DNA of 64,000 nucleotides from Parvularculaceae bacterium (GCA_041398085.1 JAWKVJ010000005.1:21383-85382); one strand, 5' to 3'. Positions 1 through 10,821 are shown, counted from the first letter of the stretch. The notes: a model not told the origin generated them from the sequence alone. Numbers and translations are program-made.

Positions 1-1
1 T

Positions 2-1468
2 CGCCACAAAGCCCGCGGCAAGCTGCTCGCCCGCGAGCGCATCGAACGGCTTGTCGATCCGGGAGCGCCTTTCCTTGAGCTTGGCGGGTTTGCGGCCTGG
101 GAGATGTATTCAGGCGATGTTCATGGCGCGGGGCTCGTCACCGGCATTGCGCGCATCGCCGGGACCGAATGCATGATCGTCGCCAACGATCCGACCGTCA
201 AAGGCGGCACCTATCATCCACTGACGGTGAAGAAGCATTTGCGCGCGCAGGAGATCGCACAGGAAAATCGATTGCCGTGTATCTATCTTGTCGAGTCGGG
301 CGGCGCCTTCCTCCCCATGCAGGACGAGGTTTTTCCGGACAAGGACGATTTCGGCCGCATCTTCTATAATCAGGCCGTCATGTCCTCGATGGGCATTCCG
401 CAAATCGCCGTCGTGCATGGCAGCTGCACCGCCGGCGGCGCCTATGTGCCGGCGATGTCGGACGAGGCGATCATCGTCAGGAAGCAGGGAACGATTTTCC
501 TCGCCGGCCCGCCCCTCGTTAAAGCGGCGACCGGCGAAGTCGTCTCGGCGGAAGAGCTTGGCGGCGGCGATGTGCACACGCGCACGTCCGGCGTCGCCGA
601 TCATCTCGCCGAGGACGACGATCACGCGCTCGGCCTCGCCCGCCAGATCGTATCGCGCCTGAACTGGACAAAAAAAGGCGCGCTCAAAATGAGCGAACCC
701 TCTGCGCCCGCCTTTGATCCGCATGAAATCTACGGCGTTATCGAGCGCGACATCAGGAAGCCTTATGATGCGCGCGAGTTGATTGCGCGCATTGTCGACG
801 GCTCCGTCTTCGACGAGTTCAAACCGCTTTACGGTTCAACGCTCGTCACCGGTTTTGCGAGCATTCATGGATTTCCGGTCGGCATTCTCGCCAATAACGG
901 CATTCTCTTTTCTGAAAGCGCCATGAAAGGCGCTCATTTCATCGAGCTTTGCAGCCAGCGGAAAATTCCGCTCGTCTTTTTGCAGAACATTACCGGCTTC
1001 ATGGTCGGCCAATCGGCCGAAGCCGGCGGCATCGCCAAGGACGGCGCCAAGCTTGTCACGGCGGTCGCCACCGCGCGCGTTCCAAAATTCACGGTGATTG
1101 TCGGCGGCTCCTACGGCGCCGGCAATTACGGCATGTGCGGGCGCGGCTATTCCCCGCGTTTCCTTTTCATGTGGCCCAATGCGCGCATCTCGGTCATGGG
1201 GGGCGAGCAGGCGGCGAGCGTTCTGGCGACCGTTCGCCGTGACGGCCTCCGCAAAGGGGAAGACTGGAGCGCGGCGGAAGAAGATGACTTCAAGAACAAG
1301 ATTCGCGCCGATTACGACCGTCAGGGCTCGCCCTATTATTCTTCGGCGCGGCTTTGGGATGACGGCATTATCGACCCGGCGCAAACGCGCAACGTGTTAG
1401 GGCTTTGCATTTCCGCGAGTTTGAATGCGCCGGTCGAGGATACGAAATTCGGCGTCTTCAGGATGTAA
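2..1468 (+). CDS. liuB: 3-methylcrotonyl-CoA carboxylase beta (carboxyltransferase) subunit, 5' end cut by the window edge
   Basis: Frame is open from base 2 ([15 protein letters not shown]). Carboxyltransferase motifs GSCTAGGAY and [15 protein letters not shown]-terminus FGVFRM; lies in liu cluster. Confidence 0.95.
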   Translation, partial: RHKARGKLLARERIERLVDPGAPFLELGGFAAWEMYSGDVHGAGLVTGIARIAGTECMIVANDPTVKGGTYHPLTVKKHLRAQEIAQENRLPCIYLVESGGAFLPMQDEVFPDKDDFGRIFYNQAVMSSMGIPQIAVVHGSCTAGGAYVPAMSDEAIIVRKQGTIFLAGPPLVKAATGEVVSAEELGGGDVHTRTSGVADHLAEDDDHALGLARQIVSRLNWTKKGALKMSEPSAPAFDPHEIYGVIERDIRKPYDARELIARIVDGSVFDEFKPLYGSTLVTGFASIHGFPVGILANNGILFSESAMKGAHFIELCSQRKIPLVFLQNITGFMVGQSAEAGGIAKDGAKLVTAVATARVPKFTVIVGGSYGAGNYGMCGRGYSPRFLFMWPNARISVMGGEQAASVLATVRRDGLRKGEDWSAAEEDDFKNKIRADYDRQGSPYYSSARLWDDGIIDPAQTRNVLGLCISASLNAPVEDTKFGVFRM

Positions 1469-1483
1469 CAGGAGCTAAATTGC

Positions 1484-2293
1484 ATGGCTTATCAATATCT
1501 CCTCACCGAACTTGACGCGCGCGGCGTGGCGCGTATTACGCTCAACCGCCCCGAGATCAAGAACGCGTTTAACGAACTTCTGATCTCCGAAATCGAACAG
1601 GCGGTGAAAACCTTCGGCGCGGACGACAAAGTGCGCGCGATCGTCATTACCGGCGCGGGCGACGCGTTTTCCGCCGGGGCCGATCTCGCCATGATGAAGC
1701 AAGCCGGCAAGGATAGCGCCAGCGCCAACAAGCAGGGCGGAAGACATCTCGGGCACATGCTGAATGCGATCGACGATTGCGCAAAACCGGTCATCGCGCT
1801 CGTCAATGGCCCGGCGATGGGCGGCGGCGTCGGCCTTGTCTCCGCGGCCGATATTGCGATCGCAGCGGAGGAAGCCTTTTTCGCGCTTTCTGAAACGCGC
1901 CTTGGCATCATCCCCGCCGTCATCTCGCCTTTCGTCGTGCGCGCCATCGGCGTCCGGCAGGCGAGCCGCTTTTTCCTCACCGCCGAACGCTTCGATGCAA
2001 TGAAGGCGCGCGAAATCGGCCTCGTCCACATGGTCGCCATGGGCGCGCAATTGGAAGCAACGCTGGACGGCGTCTTGAAAAACATCCTCTCCTGCGGACC
2101 GAAGGCGCTTGGCGAGGCGAAGGAGCTCATTCGCCGCGTCGCCTATCGCCCGATTGACGACAGCGTCCTGGAAGAAACCGCAGGCCTTATCGCGCGCCTT
2201 CGCGCCAGCGACGAAGGTCAAGAAGGCATCTCGGCGTTCCTTGAAAAACGCAAACCGGCATGGGTCGCGGCGGCGAAAAAGGACGACGCATGA
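1484..2293 (+). CDS. liuC: Enoyl-CoA hydratase/crotonase, likely methylglutaconyl-CoA hydratase
   Basis: Motifs LNRPEIKNAF, AFSAGADL, GGGVGL, SETRLGIIPA; sits between the two MCC subunits. Confidence 0.88.
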   Translation: MAYQYLLTELDARGVARITLNRPEIKNAFNELLISEIEQAVKTFGADDKVRAIVITGAGDAFSAGADLAMMKQAGKDSASANKQGGRHLGHMLNAIDDCAKPVIALVNGPAMGGGVGLVSAADIAIAAEEAFFALSETRLGIIPAVISPFVVRAIGVRQASRFFLTAERFDAMKAREIGLVHMVAMGAQLEATLDGVLKNILSCGPKALGEAKELIRRVAYRPIDDSVLEETAGLIARLRASDEGQEGISAFLEKRKPAWVAAAKKDDA

Positions 2294-2811
2294 GCGAGAT
2301 CTTCAATGAACGAATGGCCGCTGAAATTGAAGGCGATTTCGTCGTCTTCCTCATCGGCATGCGCGTTAACAAGCCTTGGAAGATCGGCACATGGCTGCCG
2401 GTCGCACGCGCCATGCCGCGCATGATCGCCGAATTAATGCAGAAACCAGAACTCGGGCTTCTTCACGCGCGATCGCATTTCGGTTTTCCGAATGTGATGG
2501 TCATTCAATATTGGCGGAGCTTCGAGCACCTCCATAATTATGCGACGAGTCCGGAAGCCGAACACCTTCCCGCCTGGCGCGATTTCAATCGCAAGATCGC
2601 CTCTAATGGCGATGTCGGCATCTGGCATGAAACGTATCTCGTGCCGGCAGGGCGCTATGAGTCTGTTTACGGGAACATGCCGCGTTACGGCCTCGCCATG
2701 GCGGGCGAGCATGTTCCCGCCAGCGGACAGCGCAAATCGGCGCGCGGCAGGCTCGGACAAACTGACGGCGCCGATCAACCCTTGACGCCAGACGGCGAGG
2801 CGCAAGCGTGA
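2290..2811 (+). CDS. DUF4188-family protein
   Basis: ATGA overlap with liuC stop; FVVFLIGMRVN, QYWRSFEHL, HLPAW and VGIWHETY motifs typical of DUF4188. Confidence 0.8.
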   Translation: MSEIFNERMAAEIEGDFVVFLIGMRVNKPWKIGTWLPVARAMPRMIAELMQKPELGLLHARSHFGFPNVMVIQYWRSFEHLHNYATSPEAEHLPAWRDFNRKIASNGDVGIWHETYLVPAGRYESVYGNMPRYGLAMAGEHVPASGQRKSARGRLGQTDGADQPLTPDGEAQA

Positions 2812-3360
2812 TGCAAGCGCATGACAGACATCATCATCACGCCCCTGCGCACGGCGCCCTGCGCGTGCGCGAGGCGGAAGAAGATGATCGCGCGCACATC
2901 ATCGCGATTATCCGCGACGCCTTCGGCGGCGATGAAGAAGTGCAGATTATGGAACGGCTCTGGGCCGATGACGCCGCGGCGCTTGAGCTTGTCGGCGAGA
3001 TTGACGGTGAAATCGTCGGCCATTGCGCATTTTCAGTCGTGACGGCGGAGCCTGCTGCTCGCTGGCGCGGCGCTCGGCCTTGCGCCCGTTGCGGTCACTC
3101 CCAGCCATCGACGAAGCGGCGTCGGCTCGGCGATAATAGAGACCGGCATCGACTATTGCCGCTCGCGCGGCGCCAGCCTTCTCGTCGTGCTTGGCGAGCC
3201 CGATTATTATTCGCGTTTCGGTTTTGAACCTGCGTCAAAACTCAACATGAGGTGGGCGGTTCTCGATGCTGGCGACGCCTTTCAGGCGATCGACTTCGCC
3301 GGCATTGACGCCAAACCCCCGCGCAAAATTCACTATCACCGCGCTTTTGACGCCGCCTGA
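2808..3360 (+). pseudogene. YhbS-like GNAT acetyltransferase split by a +1 frameshift near 3045-3060 (pseudogene or sequence error)
   Basis: N-half in the 2808 frame (LRVREAEEDD...GEIVGHCAFS). C-half in the next frame (LGLAPVAVTPSHRRSGVGSAII...VVLGEPDYYSRFGF) ends at TGA 3358-3360. Confidence 0.85.
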
Positions 3361-3372
3361 ACGGATGATCTG

Positions 3373-5379
3373 ATGTTTCGCAAAATCCTTATCGCCAATC
3401 GCGGAGAAATCGCCGTCCGGGTCGCCAGAACCGCGCGCCGCCTCAGCATCTCGACTGTCGCCGTTTATTCGGACGCTGACGCCGGCGCGCCGCATGTGAA
3501 AGCCTGCGATGAAGCAGTGCACATTGGCGGCGCGGCGCCTGCCGATAGCTATTTGAATATCGACCGCATCATTGAGGCCGCGCAAAAAACCGGCGCTGAA
3601 GCGGTGCATCCGGGATACGGTTTCCTGTCCGAGAACGAGAAATTCGCCGATGCGCTCGACGCAGCAGGCATTGTTTTTATCGGCCCGACGGCGGCGACCA
3701 TCCGCGCCATGGGATCGAAATCGGCGGCGAAAGACCTGATGGAAAAGGCCGGCGTTCCGACGACGCCCGGCTATCAGGGCGAAGACCAGTCGTTCGAAAT
3801 TTTCAAAAAGGAATGTAAGAAGATCGGCTATCCGGTCTTGCTGAAGGCGACAGCGGGCGGCGGCGGCAAGGGCATGAAAGTCGTCGAAGCCGAAAAAGAC
3901 TTGGCCGACGCGCTCGCTTCCGCACAGCGCGAGGGCAAGAATTCATTCGGCGACGACCGGGTGCTCGTTGAGAAATACATTCCGCGCGCGCGTCATCTCG
4001 AGGTGCAGATTGTCGGCGACGGCAAGGGCGCGGTCGTGCATTTTTTCGAGCGGGATTGCTCGGTGCAGCGGCGCCACCAGAAAATCATCGAGGAAGCCCC
4101 GGCGCCTGGCCTTTCTGACAAGCTGCGCGCCAAGCTCCACGCAATCGGCGTCAATGCCGGCAAGGCGGTCGATTACCGCGGCGTCGGCACGGTTGAATGT
4201 CTCTATGACGGCGCCGATGGCATTTACTTCATGGAGATGAATACGCGCCTTCAGGTTGAGCACCCGGTGACGGAGGAAATTACCGGCGTCGACCTTGTTG
4301 AATGGCAATTGCGCGTCGCCGCTGGCGAACGCCTGCCGCTGAAACAGGATGAGATCCACGCAAATGGCTGGGCGTTCGAGGCGCGGCTTTATGCGGAGAA
4401 CCCTCAAAATAATTTTTCCCCGTCAATTGGCGCGCTGACAACGCTGAAAATGCCGCGCGAGGGCCGCACCGATTCAGGCGTTGAAGAAGGGCAGACCATT
4501 ACGCCCTTTTACGATCCGATGATCGCCAAGATCATCCGTCATGGCGCCACGCGTGAGGAAGCGCTGGCGCGGCTTCGAAGCGCGCTTGAAGAAGTGCGCG
4601 TCGCCGGGCTGGAAACCAATGCGCGTTTCCTTCATGCGCTGGCGAGCGAGCCCGATTTCATAAAAGGCGACGTTTCAACGCGCTTTATCGAAGAGCATGA
4701 AGAGACATTGTTCGCACAACACCCGCTCGACAATCATGTTATCGCCGCAGCGTTGATGCAGCGTCATGTCGATGTAACGTCGAAAAACGGCAGCGACCCG
4801 TGGGAAGCGCTCACCGGTTTTCGCCTCAACAAGCCTGCAAAAGCTGTCGCGTGGATTGAGCTTGACGGCGCGCCGGCGCTGGCGCGCGTGACGCGCAGTG
4901 CGGGCGGCGCTGAAGTTGAAATCGACCCCAACGCATCAGCTGCGGGCCGCCGCGCCGGGGACGCCGCGAAAGCCGGATTCAAATTTTCATTCGCCGCTGC
5001 GCCTGCAGAAGACGGTTTTCGTCTCAGCGTCGATGGCAGCGATTATTGCGCGAGCGTTGTCGATCACAGCGCCGGCAAACGGGTCTTCATTGGCGCCGAC
5101 CATTGGGACATTCCCTTCCCCGACCCGCTCTCTGGCGCGCTTGGCGGCCATTCCGCCGAAGGCTCGCTCAACGCGCCGATGCCGGGCGTCGTGACGCTGT
5201 TGAAAGCAAAGCCCGGCGACAAATTGGACGCCGGCGCCGTATTGATGGTGATGGAAGCGATGAAAATGGAGCACGCGATCAAAGCGCCGCATGACGGCGT
5301 CTTGAAGAGCTTCAATTTCAAACCCGGCGATCAGGTGAAGGAAGGCGATTTGCTGGCGGAGTTCCGGGAAAAGGATTAG
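3373..5379 (+). CDS. liuD: 3-methylcrotonyl-CoA carboxylase alpha subunit (biotin carboxylase + biotin carrier)
   Basis: KILIANRGEIA, HPGYGFLSEN, EMNTRLQVEHPVTE, and biotinylation motif EAMKME. Confidence 0.95.
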   Translation: MFRKILIANRGEIAVRVARTARRLSISTVAVYSDADAGAPHVKACDEAVHIGGAAPADSYLNIDRIIEAAQKTGAEAVHPGYGFLSENEKFADALDAAGIVFIGPTAATIRAMGSKSAAKDLMEKAGVPTTPGYQGEDQSFEIFKKECKKIGYPVLLKATAGGGGKGMKVVEAEKDLADALASAQREGKNSFGDDRVLVEKYIPRARHLEVQIVGDGKGAVVHFFERDCSVQRRHQKIIEEAPAPGLSDKLRAKLHAIGVNAGKAVDYRGVGTVECLYDGADGIYFMEMNTRLQVEHPVTEEITGVDLVEWQLRVAAGERLPLKQDEIHANGWAFEARLYAENPQNNFSPSIGALTTLKMPREGRTDSGVEEGQTITPFYDPMIAKIIRHGATREEALARLRSALEEVRVAGLETNARFLHALASEPDFIKGDVSTRFIEEHEETLFAQHPLDNHVIAAALMQRHVDVTSKNGSDPWEALTGFRLNKPAKAVAWIELDGAPALARVTRSAGGAEVEIDPNASAAGRRAGDAAKAGFKFSFAAAPAEDGFRLSVDGSDYCASVVDHSAGKRVFIGADHWDIPFPDPLSGALGGHSAEGSLNAPMPGVVTLLKAKPGDKLDAGAVLMVMEAMKMEHAIKAPHDGVLKSFNFKPGDQVKEGDLLAEFREKD

Positions 5380-5457
5380 ATTTGAACCGGAATGAGTTAT
5401 TTGTATCATCTGATGGTATGCTGTTGAATTTTCAGAAGTAAAATAGCGAAGGGGGAA

Positions 5458-5913
5458 ATGCGAATGTTGAGGCTTCCTGCGAAGGCATTGTTTGTTACGG
5501 TAACAATTCTACTTGCTGGCACTCCGGCCACAGCAAGCGAAGCAACGAATGGAGATTTGACAGACTGGCGCAAAGATCTCATGGCGTCCAGAAAGTATGA
5601 GAGAGCTTGCAAGCGATATAATCGCCCCAACTCCCAAAACGCCGCCGCGGCGGACAATGCAGCTCCCAAAGTCATTTGTCGGATCCCGCCTGTCTATCCG
5701 GAAAAATGCATGTCGACCGGTCATCGTCGGGATATTGTAAGTCTGGTTTATGATGTCACGCCGGATGGCTACGTTGAAAATGTCCGGGCGACGCATACGA
5801 CCAATAAATGCCTTGTTCAGGCGGCGGCAGATTCAGTTTATCTCTACAAGTATGAGCAATCTGACAACGGAGCTGTCGATATTCCGACTAATGTAACTTT
5901 CCAGCTTCAATGA
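5458..5913 (+). CDS. Exported protein with a TonB C-terminal-like domain
   Basis: N-terminal signal/anchor; PPVYP...YDVTPDGYVENVR...AAADSV...VTFQL resembles TonB_C; more AT-rich than neighbours. Confidence 0.65.
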   Translation: MRMLRLPAKALFVTVTILLAGTPATASEATNGDLTDWRKDLMASRKYERACKRYNRPNSQNAAAADNAAPKVICRIPPVYPEKCMSTGHRRDIVSLVYDVTPDGYVENVRATHTTNKCLVQAAADSVYLYKYEQSDNGAVDIPTNVTFQLQ

Positions 5914-5968
5914 AAGAAAATGGGGTCGGCATTCCGTGTGTTTCTAACGTTGTGCGGCTAACTCGCTT

Positions 5969-6862
5969 ATGACCAACCATATCAAAATCGTTGAAGTCGG
6001 CCCGCGCGACGGGCTGCAGAACGAGAAGCAGACTGTCGATGTCGCGACGAAAGTCGCGCTGGTTGAAAGGCTCGCGGCCGCCGGAAACTCAACCGTCGAA
6101 GCAGGCGCCTTTGTCAGCCCCAAATGGGTGCCGCAAATGGCGGCGTCAGACGAAGTGATGGCGAAAATCAAACGCGCATCCGGCGTTTCCTATCCCGTGC
6201 TGACGCCGAATATGAACGGCTATGAAGGCGCGAAGGCCGCGAAGGCCGATACGATCGCCGTATTCGGCGCGGCGTCGGAAAGCTTCAGCCAGAAGAATAT
6301 CAATTGCTCGATCGAGGAAAGCCTTGAACGCTTTCGTCCCGTCATTGAGGCGGCGAAAGCGGACGGCGTCAAAGTGCGCGGCTATGTCTCCTGCGTGCTC
6401 GGCTGCCCCTATGAAGGCAAGGCGCCGCTCAAAAATGTCGTGAAAGTCTCTCGCGCGCTTTACGAGATGGGCTGCTATGAAATTTCGCTTGGCGATACGA
6501 TCGGCGTCGGCACGCATGACGAAGCGCGCGCGATGGTTCGCGCTGTCGCGGACGAAATTCCGGTATCGGCGCTCGCCGGTCATTTTCACGACACTTATGG
6601 ACAGGCGCTCTCAAATATCTGGGCGTCGATCGAGGAAGGCGTGCGTGTATTTGACTCTTCCGTTTCCGGTCTTGGCGGATGTCCCTATGCGAAAGGCGCA
6701 TCCGGCAATGTCGCGTCGGAAGACGTCGTCTATGCGCTGCATGGGTCGGGTTTTGAAACCGGCGTCGATCTTGATGCGCTGATCGAGATTAGCCGCTGGA
6801 TCTCGGGCGTGCTTGGCCGCGCGCCGGGCTCGAAGGTGACGCTCGCTAAGAGCGGCGCGTGA
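5969..6862 (+). CDS. liuE: Hydroxymethylglutaryl-CoA lyase
   Basis: EVGPRDGLQNE, GHFHDTYGQA, GLGGCPYAKGASGNVA. Confidence 0.96.
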   Translation: MTNHIKIVEVGPRDGLQNEKQTVDVATKVALVERLAAAGNSTVEAGAFVSPKWVPQMAASDEVMAKIKRASGVSYPVLTPNMNGYEGAKAAKADTIAVFGAASESFSQKNINCSIEESLERFRPVIEAAKADGVKVRGYVSCVLGCPYEGKAPLKNVVKVSRALYEMGCYEISLGDTIGVGTHDEARAMVRAVADEIPVSALAGHFHDTYGQALSNIWASIEEGVRVFDSSVSGLGGCPYAKGASGNVASEDVVYALHGSGFETGVDLDALIEISRWISGVLGRAPGSKVTLAKSGA

Positions 6863-7962
6863 AGGCGCGGCTTGAAAACATTCAGGCGTTGCGCGGGCTC
6901 GCCGCCCTTATGGTGCTCTTCGCCCATGTGAAGGAGGCTGAAAGCCCCGCCGATTACGGCGGCGTCGGCACGCTGCTGCCGGACTGGCTTTATATGGGCG
7001 TCACCGGCGTTGATCTTTTCTTCCTGATCAGCGGCTTTGTGATGGTGCATGTCGCAAGCGCCGCGCCGCGGGGCGGCCCGGCGGCGCGGCGTTTCCTCTT
7101 CAATCGCGGCGCGCGCATCTATCCGGTCTACTGGTTCGTCACCTTGCTGTTGATGGCGCTTTACGCCGGCAAGCTCGCGCTCTTCGCCGAGGCGACGCCG
7201 TTTCCAAACCCGCTGGAAACATTCCTGCTGATCCCGGACGGGGATTACCCGCTCGTTCCGGTCGGGTGGACGCTTGTCCACGAGGTTTACTTTTATCTCG
7301 TCTTTTCAATTTTTATTTTTACGCCGCGCTTCAATGCGCTCGCCTTTCTTGGCGTCTGGGCGGCGATCGTCGCGGGCGGCAATGCGTTCGGCTTCTTCAA
7401 GCTCAACGCCTGGACGAAAGTCTATTTCAACCCGCTGACCTTTGAATTCATTCTGGGTGCGCTCATCGCTCTTGCGCTTCAGCGGGGTGTCACGCATTTC
7501 GCAAAACCGGCGCTCATTCTCGGCGTTCTAATATTTGCGGGCGAAACAGCATTCTTTCATGAAGCGTTATATCCGCATGTCATGGGCAGGTTCGCCGAGC
7601 GCGTCATGTGGTTCGCCCCGCCCTATGCGCTCATTCTTTACGGCGCAGCGGCGCTGGAGCGTGAAAAGGGAACATTATTGCCGGGTTTTCTCCGCAAGGC
7701 GGGCGACGCTTCCTATTCAATCTACCTCATCCATGTGCCGGTCTTCCTCGTCGTCGGCAAGACAATCAGCGTCATCCTTCAAGACCGCGGATTGCTCGAC
7801 AACGCGGTCCTGATCCCCGCTTTCTTTGCAAGCGCGCTCGCCGCCGGATTTGCGCTGCATGCACTTGTTGAAAAACCAATGCTGAAGATCACAAAGCGCT
7901 GGGGAGACGGTGTTTTCCTGCGCCGTCAGCAGGATAAAGTCAGTCAGGAAAAAGCCTGGTGA
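6859..7962 (+). CDS. Acyltransferase family 3 (OafA/ExoZ-like membrane O-acyltransferase)
   Basis: IQALRGLAA, GVDLFFLISGFVM, WTLVHEVYFY, GDASYSIYLIH; many hydrophobic segments. Confidence 0.9.
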   Translation: MKARLENIQALRGLAALMVLFAHVKEAESPADYGGVGTLLPDWLYMGVTGVDLFFLISGFVMVHVASAAPRGGPAARRFLFNRGARIYPVYWFVTLLLMALYAGKLALFAEATPFPNPLETFLLIPDGDYPLVPVGWTLVHEVYFYLVFSIFIFTPRFNALAFLGVWAAIVAGGNAFGFFKLNAWTKVYFNPLTFEFILGALIALALQRGVTHFAKPALILGVLIFAGETAFFHEALYPHVMGRFAERVMWFAPPYALILYGAAALEREKGTLLPGFLRKAGDASYSIYLIHVPVFLVVGKTISVILQDRGLLDNAVLIPAFFASALAAGFALHALVEKPMLKITKRWGDGVFLRRQQDKVSQEKAW

Positions 7963-8007
7963 CGATTAGGCTCTGGGGAAATTGAAACACGATCTTCTTC
8001 GACAGCC

Positions 8008-9255
8008 CTAAGCGGCGTTCGCTTTGCCGGCGCGTTCGCGCCGATAAGCTTCGATCCGGTCAAGCTGGGTAAGGATCGCCGGTTCTTCTGCAACAATCTC
8101 AGTTGCAGCGGCTTCGTCCGCCGCAATAGCGGGACGCGCATCATTTCGCGAAAGCGGCGCCTCAATCGGCAGGCACACTTCGGCGGTTAGCCCTTCGCCG
8201 GGCGCTGATGCAAGTTTCACAGCGCCGCCATGCAATTCGGCAAGACGCATCGCGAGCGACAGGCCAAGTCCGGCGCCGCCTTGCCCGCGAACGCCGGCGC
8301 CTTGCGCGCGCGTGAAACGCGCGCCGATTTTTGAAAGCGCCTCGGCGCTCATGCCGACGCCGTCATCCTTGACGATGAAAACGACATTGTCGCCATCGCG
8401 GCGCAACGTCAGCGCGATCTCTCCGGCTTCGGTAAATTTCACAGCGTTGGAAAGAAGGTTGAGAAGGATCTGACGCACGGCGCGGGGGTCGAGACGGCAC
8501 TCGCCGCAATCAGACGCAATATCAAGACGCAAGCGAAGGCCCGCGGCTTGCGCTGAATGCGAGATGATGCCGGCGCATTCATTGGCGATCGCCGCCGGAT
8601 CAACGGTGACGCGCTGTAATTTGTAGCGGTCAGCCTCAATTCTGGAGAGATCGAGAACAGCGTTCACAAGATCAAGGAGGTGCCGGCCCGCCATGCGGAT
8701 ATGTTCGGCGTATTGCGCGTAATTTTCGTGCCCGACCGGACCGAAAGTCTGTTGCTCGATGGTTTCGGCAAACCCGATAACGGCGTTCAATGGGGTCCGC
8801 ATCTCGTGGGAGAGATCAGCGAGCATCGCCGCCTCGCCGAGATCGGCGCCGCGGCTGCGTTCGGCCTCAAGGGCGCGCGCGTCAGCGGCGCGCTTTTCCG
8901 CCGTCCGGTCAAGCATCAGGACCGATGTCGCGCCATCCGGCCGGCGTTCGAAATGAATTTCGAAGGTCCCGGCCGAGCCGCCCGGGCGGCGGGCACGGGC
9001 TTCGATCCGGCGCACGGCGCGCGAGCGCAAGGCGCTGGCGACGGCGGCGCGATCCTCGCCCATGAAGATCGAGGCGAAATCCTTGGCGGCGGCAGCCTCG
9101 GCGAGATGGGCGGAAGCCCCCGGGCCGAGCTTAATGAGCCGGCCGTCAGCAGCTACAAGCGCCGTCGCCGCAGCCCCGGAACCGCGAAAATTCGCGCCGA
9201 TCAAGGCGTCGCAGAGGCGGCGGCGGAGACTGTCGATGAGGCGGGAAAGCGCCAT
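8008..9255 (-). CDS. Sensor histidine kinase of the DivJ/PleC-like group (start uncertain; ORF extends to 9384)
   Basis: H-box LSHEMRTPLNAVIGFA with FGPVG..Y..YAEHI, N-box NLLSNAVKFT, G1 DDGVGM, G2 GAGLGL; no clear TM helix. Confidence 0.8.
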   Translation of the reverse strand: MALSRLIDSLRRRLCDALIGANFRGSGAAATALVAADGRLIKLGPGASAHLAEAAAAKDFASIFMGEDRAAVASALRSRAVRRIEARARRPGGSAGTFEIHFERRPDGATSVLMLDRTAEKRAADARALEAERSRGADLGEAAMLADLSHEMRTPLNAVIGFAETIEQQTFGPVGHENYAQYAEHIRMAGRHLLDLVNAVLDLSRIEADRYKLQRVTVDPAAIANECAGIISHSAQAAGLRLRLDIASDCGECRLDPRAVRQILLNLLSNAVKFTEAGEIALTLRRDGDNVVFIVKDDGVGMSAEALSKIGARFTRAQGAGVRGQGGAGLGLSLAMRLAELHGGAVKLASAPGEGLTAEVCLPIEAPLSRNDARPAIAADEAAATEIVAEEPAILTQLDRIEAYRRERAGKANAA

Positions 9256-9376
9256 TGGGAGCCTTCTGGACCAGCTTTTGGGCCAATCTTCCGGCTGGTC
9301 GTCCGCCCCGGGAGGCGCGGCAGGGCCAACCAGCGCCAGGCCGGTTAACGAATTCCTGCCATTTGGGTCCGATACC

Positions 9377-9392
9377 GTTAACAAATGCTAAA
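9377..9392 (-). promoter_or_regulatory. Putative CtrA box (TTTA-N7-TTAAC)
   Basis: GTTAACAAATGCTAAA between the kinase and the divergent gene; one mismatch to TTAA-N7-TTAAC. Confidence 0.5.
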
Positions 9393-9652
9393 GCCCTTGA
9401 AGCTCAAACGCCGTTACAAGGCCGAGACGATCATGATTCGCGTGACGGAAATGCGGCGCCTGCCAGACACGACCCATTCCAGATTCCCGGCTGAAATAGT
9501 CGGGATTCGTCTCGAATTTGCTTTGAATGTAGGTAGTATCGGCGAGCCGCGATTAAGCCGCGCGGGGTTAGGGTGCGCCGTCGCCAAGAATTTTCGAGGC
9601 TTGTGCGGCAATTAAGGGATGTGTCAGGTCTCGAAAGTCTTGGGAGCGGAAA

Positions 9653-10714
9653 ATGTTGCGTTTTGAAGAGCGGGCCGCCGCGCGGCCAGCTTCCTTGTTT
9701 ACTCATAGTTTCACCCTCAGCCCCAATCCGGGCGCGCGCCGGGCTGGAAGTTTGATCGCGGCGGCGGCCTCAGTGCTCGCCTTTGCAGCGACGAGCGGCG
9801 TCAGCGCCGAATCGCTCGCCCAGCCGCGCGACACAGCGCTTGAGCGCCAGGCGGCGGAATATGTTCGCTTCCGTGCGGATATCGCCGAAATCGAAAAGAC
9901 CCCTTTCACCAACGCTAAAGTGACGCGCGAGGCGCACCGGCTTTTGTCGTCTCATGACAGCGAGGCTTTATCGTCCGGATGGGTCGCTTATGCGGCGCTC
10001 GTTGCGGCCGACACGCCGTCATTCCGCGAAGCGCTTGAAAAACAGGTCAAGAAATCCAAGCGCCGCAAGGATAGACTCACCGGCAAGGACGCGTTCTTCG
10101 CCGACCTTGCGCAGGACCCTTCATTGCCGCGCAAGCTCGACGGCGCTGAGGAGGCAATGTCACGCGTTCTCGCCATGACGATGGAAGATGCAACGCGTTT
10201 CAACAAACTTGGCGAATCCTTCAAGCAACAGGCTTACGCCATGCAGAAAACAAAGTGGGGCGTTGCGCGCCTGTCAAAAAGTTCGGCGCGGCTTTCAGAA
10301 GCCGACAGCTTTGCGCGCTCGCGCGGCCCCGCGACAACGCCGACATTTGCATCCGTAACGGATGACGGCCTGACTGCGCCGGCGCTTTCAAGCGCCGATT
10401 CGAGCTGGGACCCCAATTGGGGATCATCGGCCGGCAAGGGCGATCTTAAAGAGCCGAACGCGCAAGTCATCATGGACCGCGTTCTCAATCTTGCCGCGCG
10501 CTATTCATTCGGCCGCCTCAATGCAAAAACGGTCGAGGTCTATGCAAAGAACGACCGTTCCAACCAGTGTCTCCACTTTGCAAACATCACATTGAAGCAG
10601 TGCATTGCGGCGACGCGCACGCCCTATGAAGAAGCATTCTGCCTTGGTCAGCATGGCCTGAACGACACGGCCGGCTGCATCGGATGGGTCGCAGGGTTTG
10701 AACCTGCCGAATAA
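9653..10714 (+). CDS. Secreted hypothetical protein with four C-terminal cysteines (true start may be nearer 9752)
   Basis: Long ORF with host-like codon usage, signal-peptide-like LIAAAASVLAFAATSGVSA, followed by a terminator. Confidence 0.7.
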   Translation: MLRFEERAAARPASLFTHSFTLSPNPGARRAGSLIAAAASVLAFAATSGVSAESLAQPRDTALERQAAEYVRFRADIAEIEKTPFTNAKVTREAHRLLSSHDSEALSSGWVAYAALVAADTPSFREALEKQVKKSKRRKDRLTGKDAFFADLAQDPSLPRKLDGAEEAMSRVLAMTMEDATRFNKLGESFKQQAYAMQKTKWGVARLSKSSARLSEADSFARSRGPATTPTFASVTDDGLTAPALSSADSSWDPNWGSSAGKGDLKEPNAQVIMDRVLNLAARYSFGRLNAKTVEVYAKNDRSNQCLHFANITLKQCIAATRTPYEEAFCLGQHGLNDTAGCIGWVAGFEPAE

Positions 10715-10735
10715 ACACGCACGAAAACGAGACCG

Positions 10736-10762
10736 AAAAGGCCGCCGAGAGGCGGCCTTTTT
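10736..10762 (+). terminator. Rho-independent terminator
   Basis: AAAAGGCCGCC-GAGA-GGCGGCCTTTTT perfect stem with T tract. Confidence 0.9.
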
Positions 10763-10821
10763 GCTGCGCCCGTTTCAAGATAATATCATCGCTGTCAGAC
10801 AGACAGGCGCGCAGGGAATCA

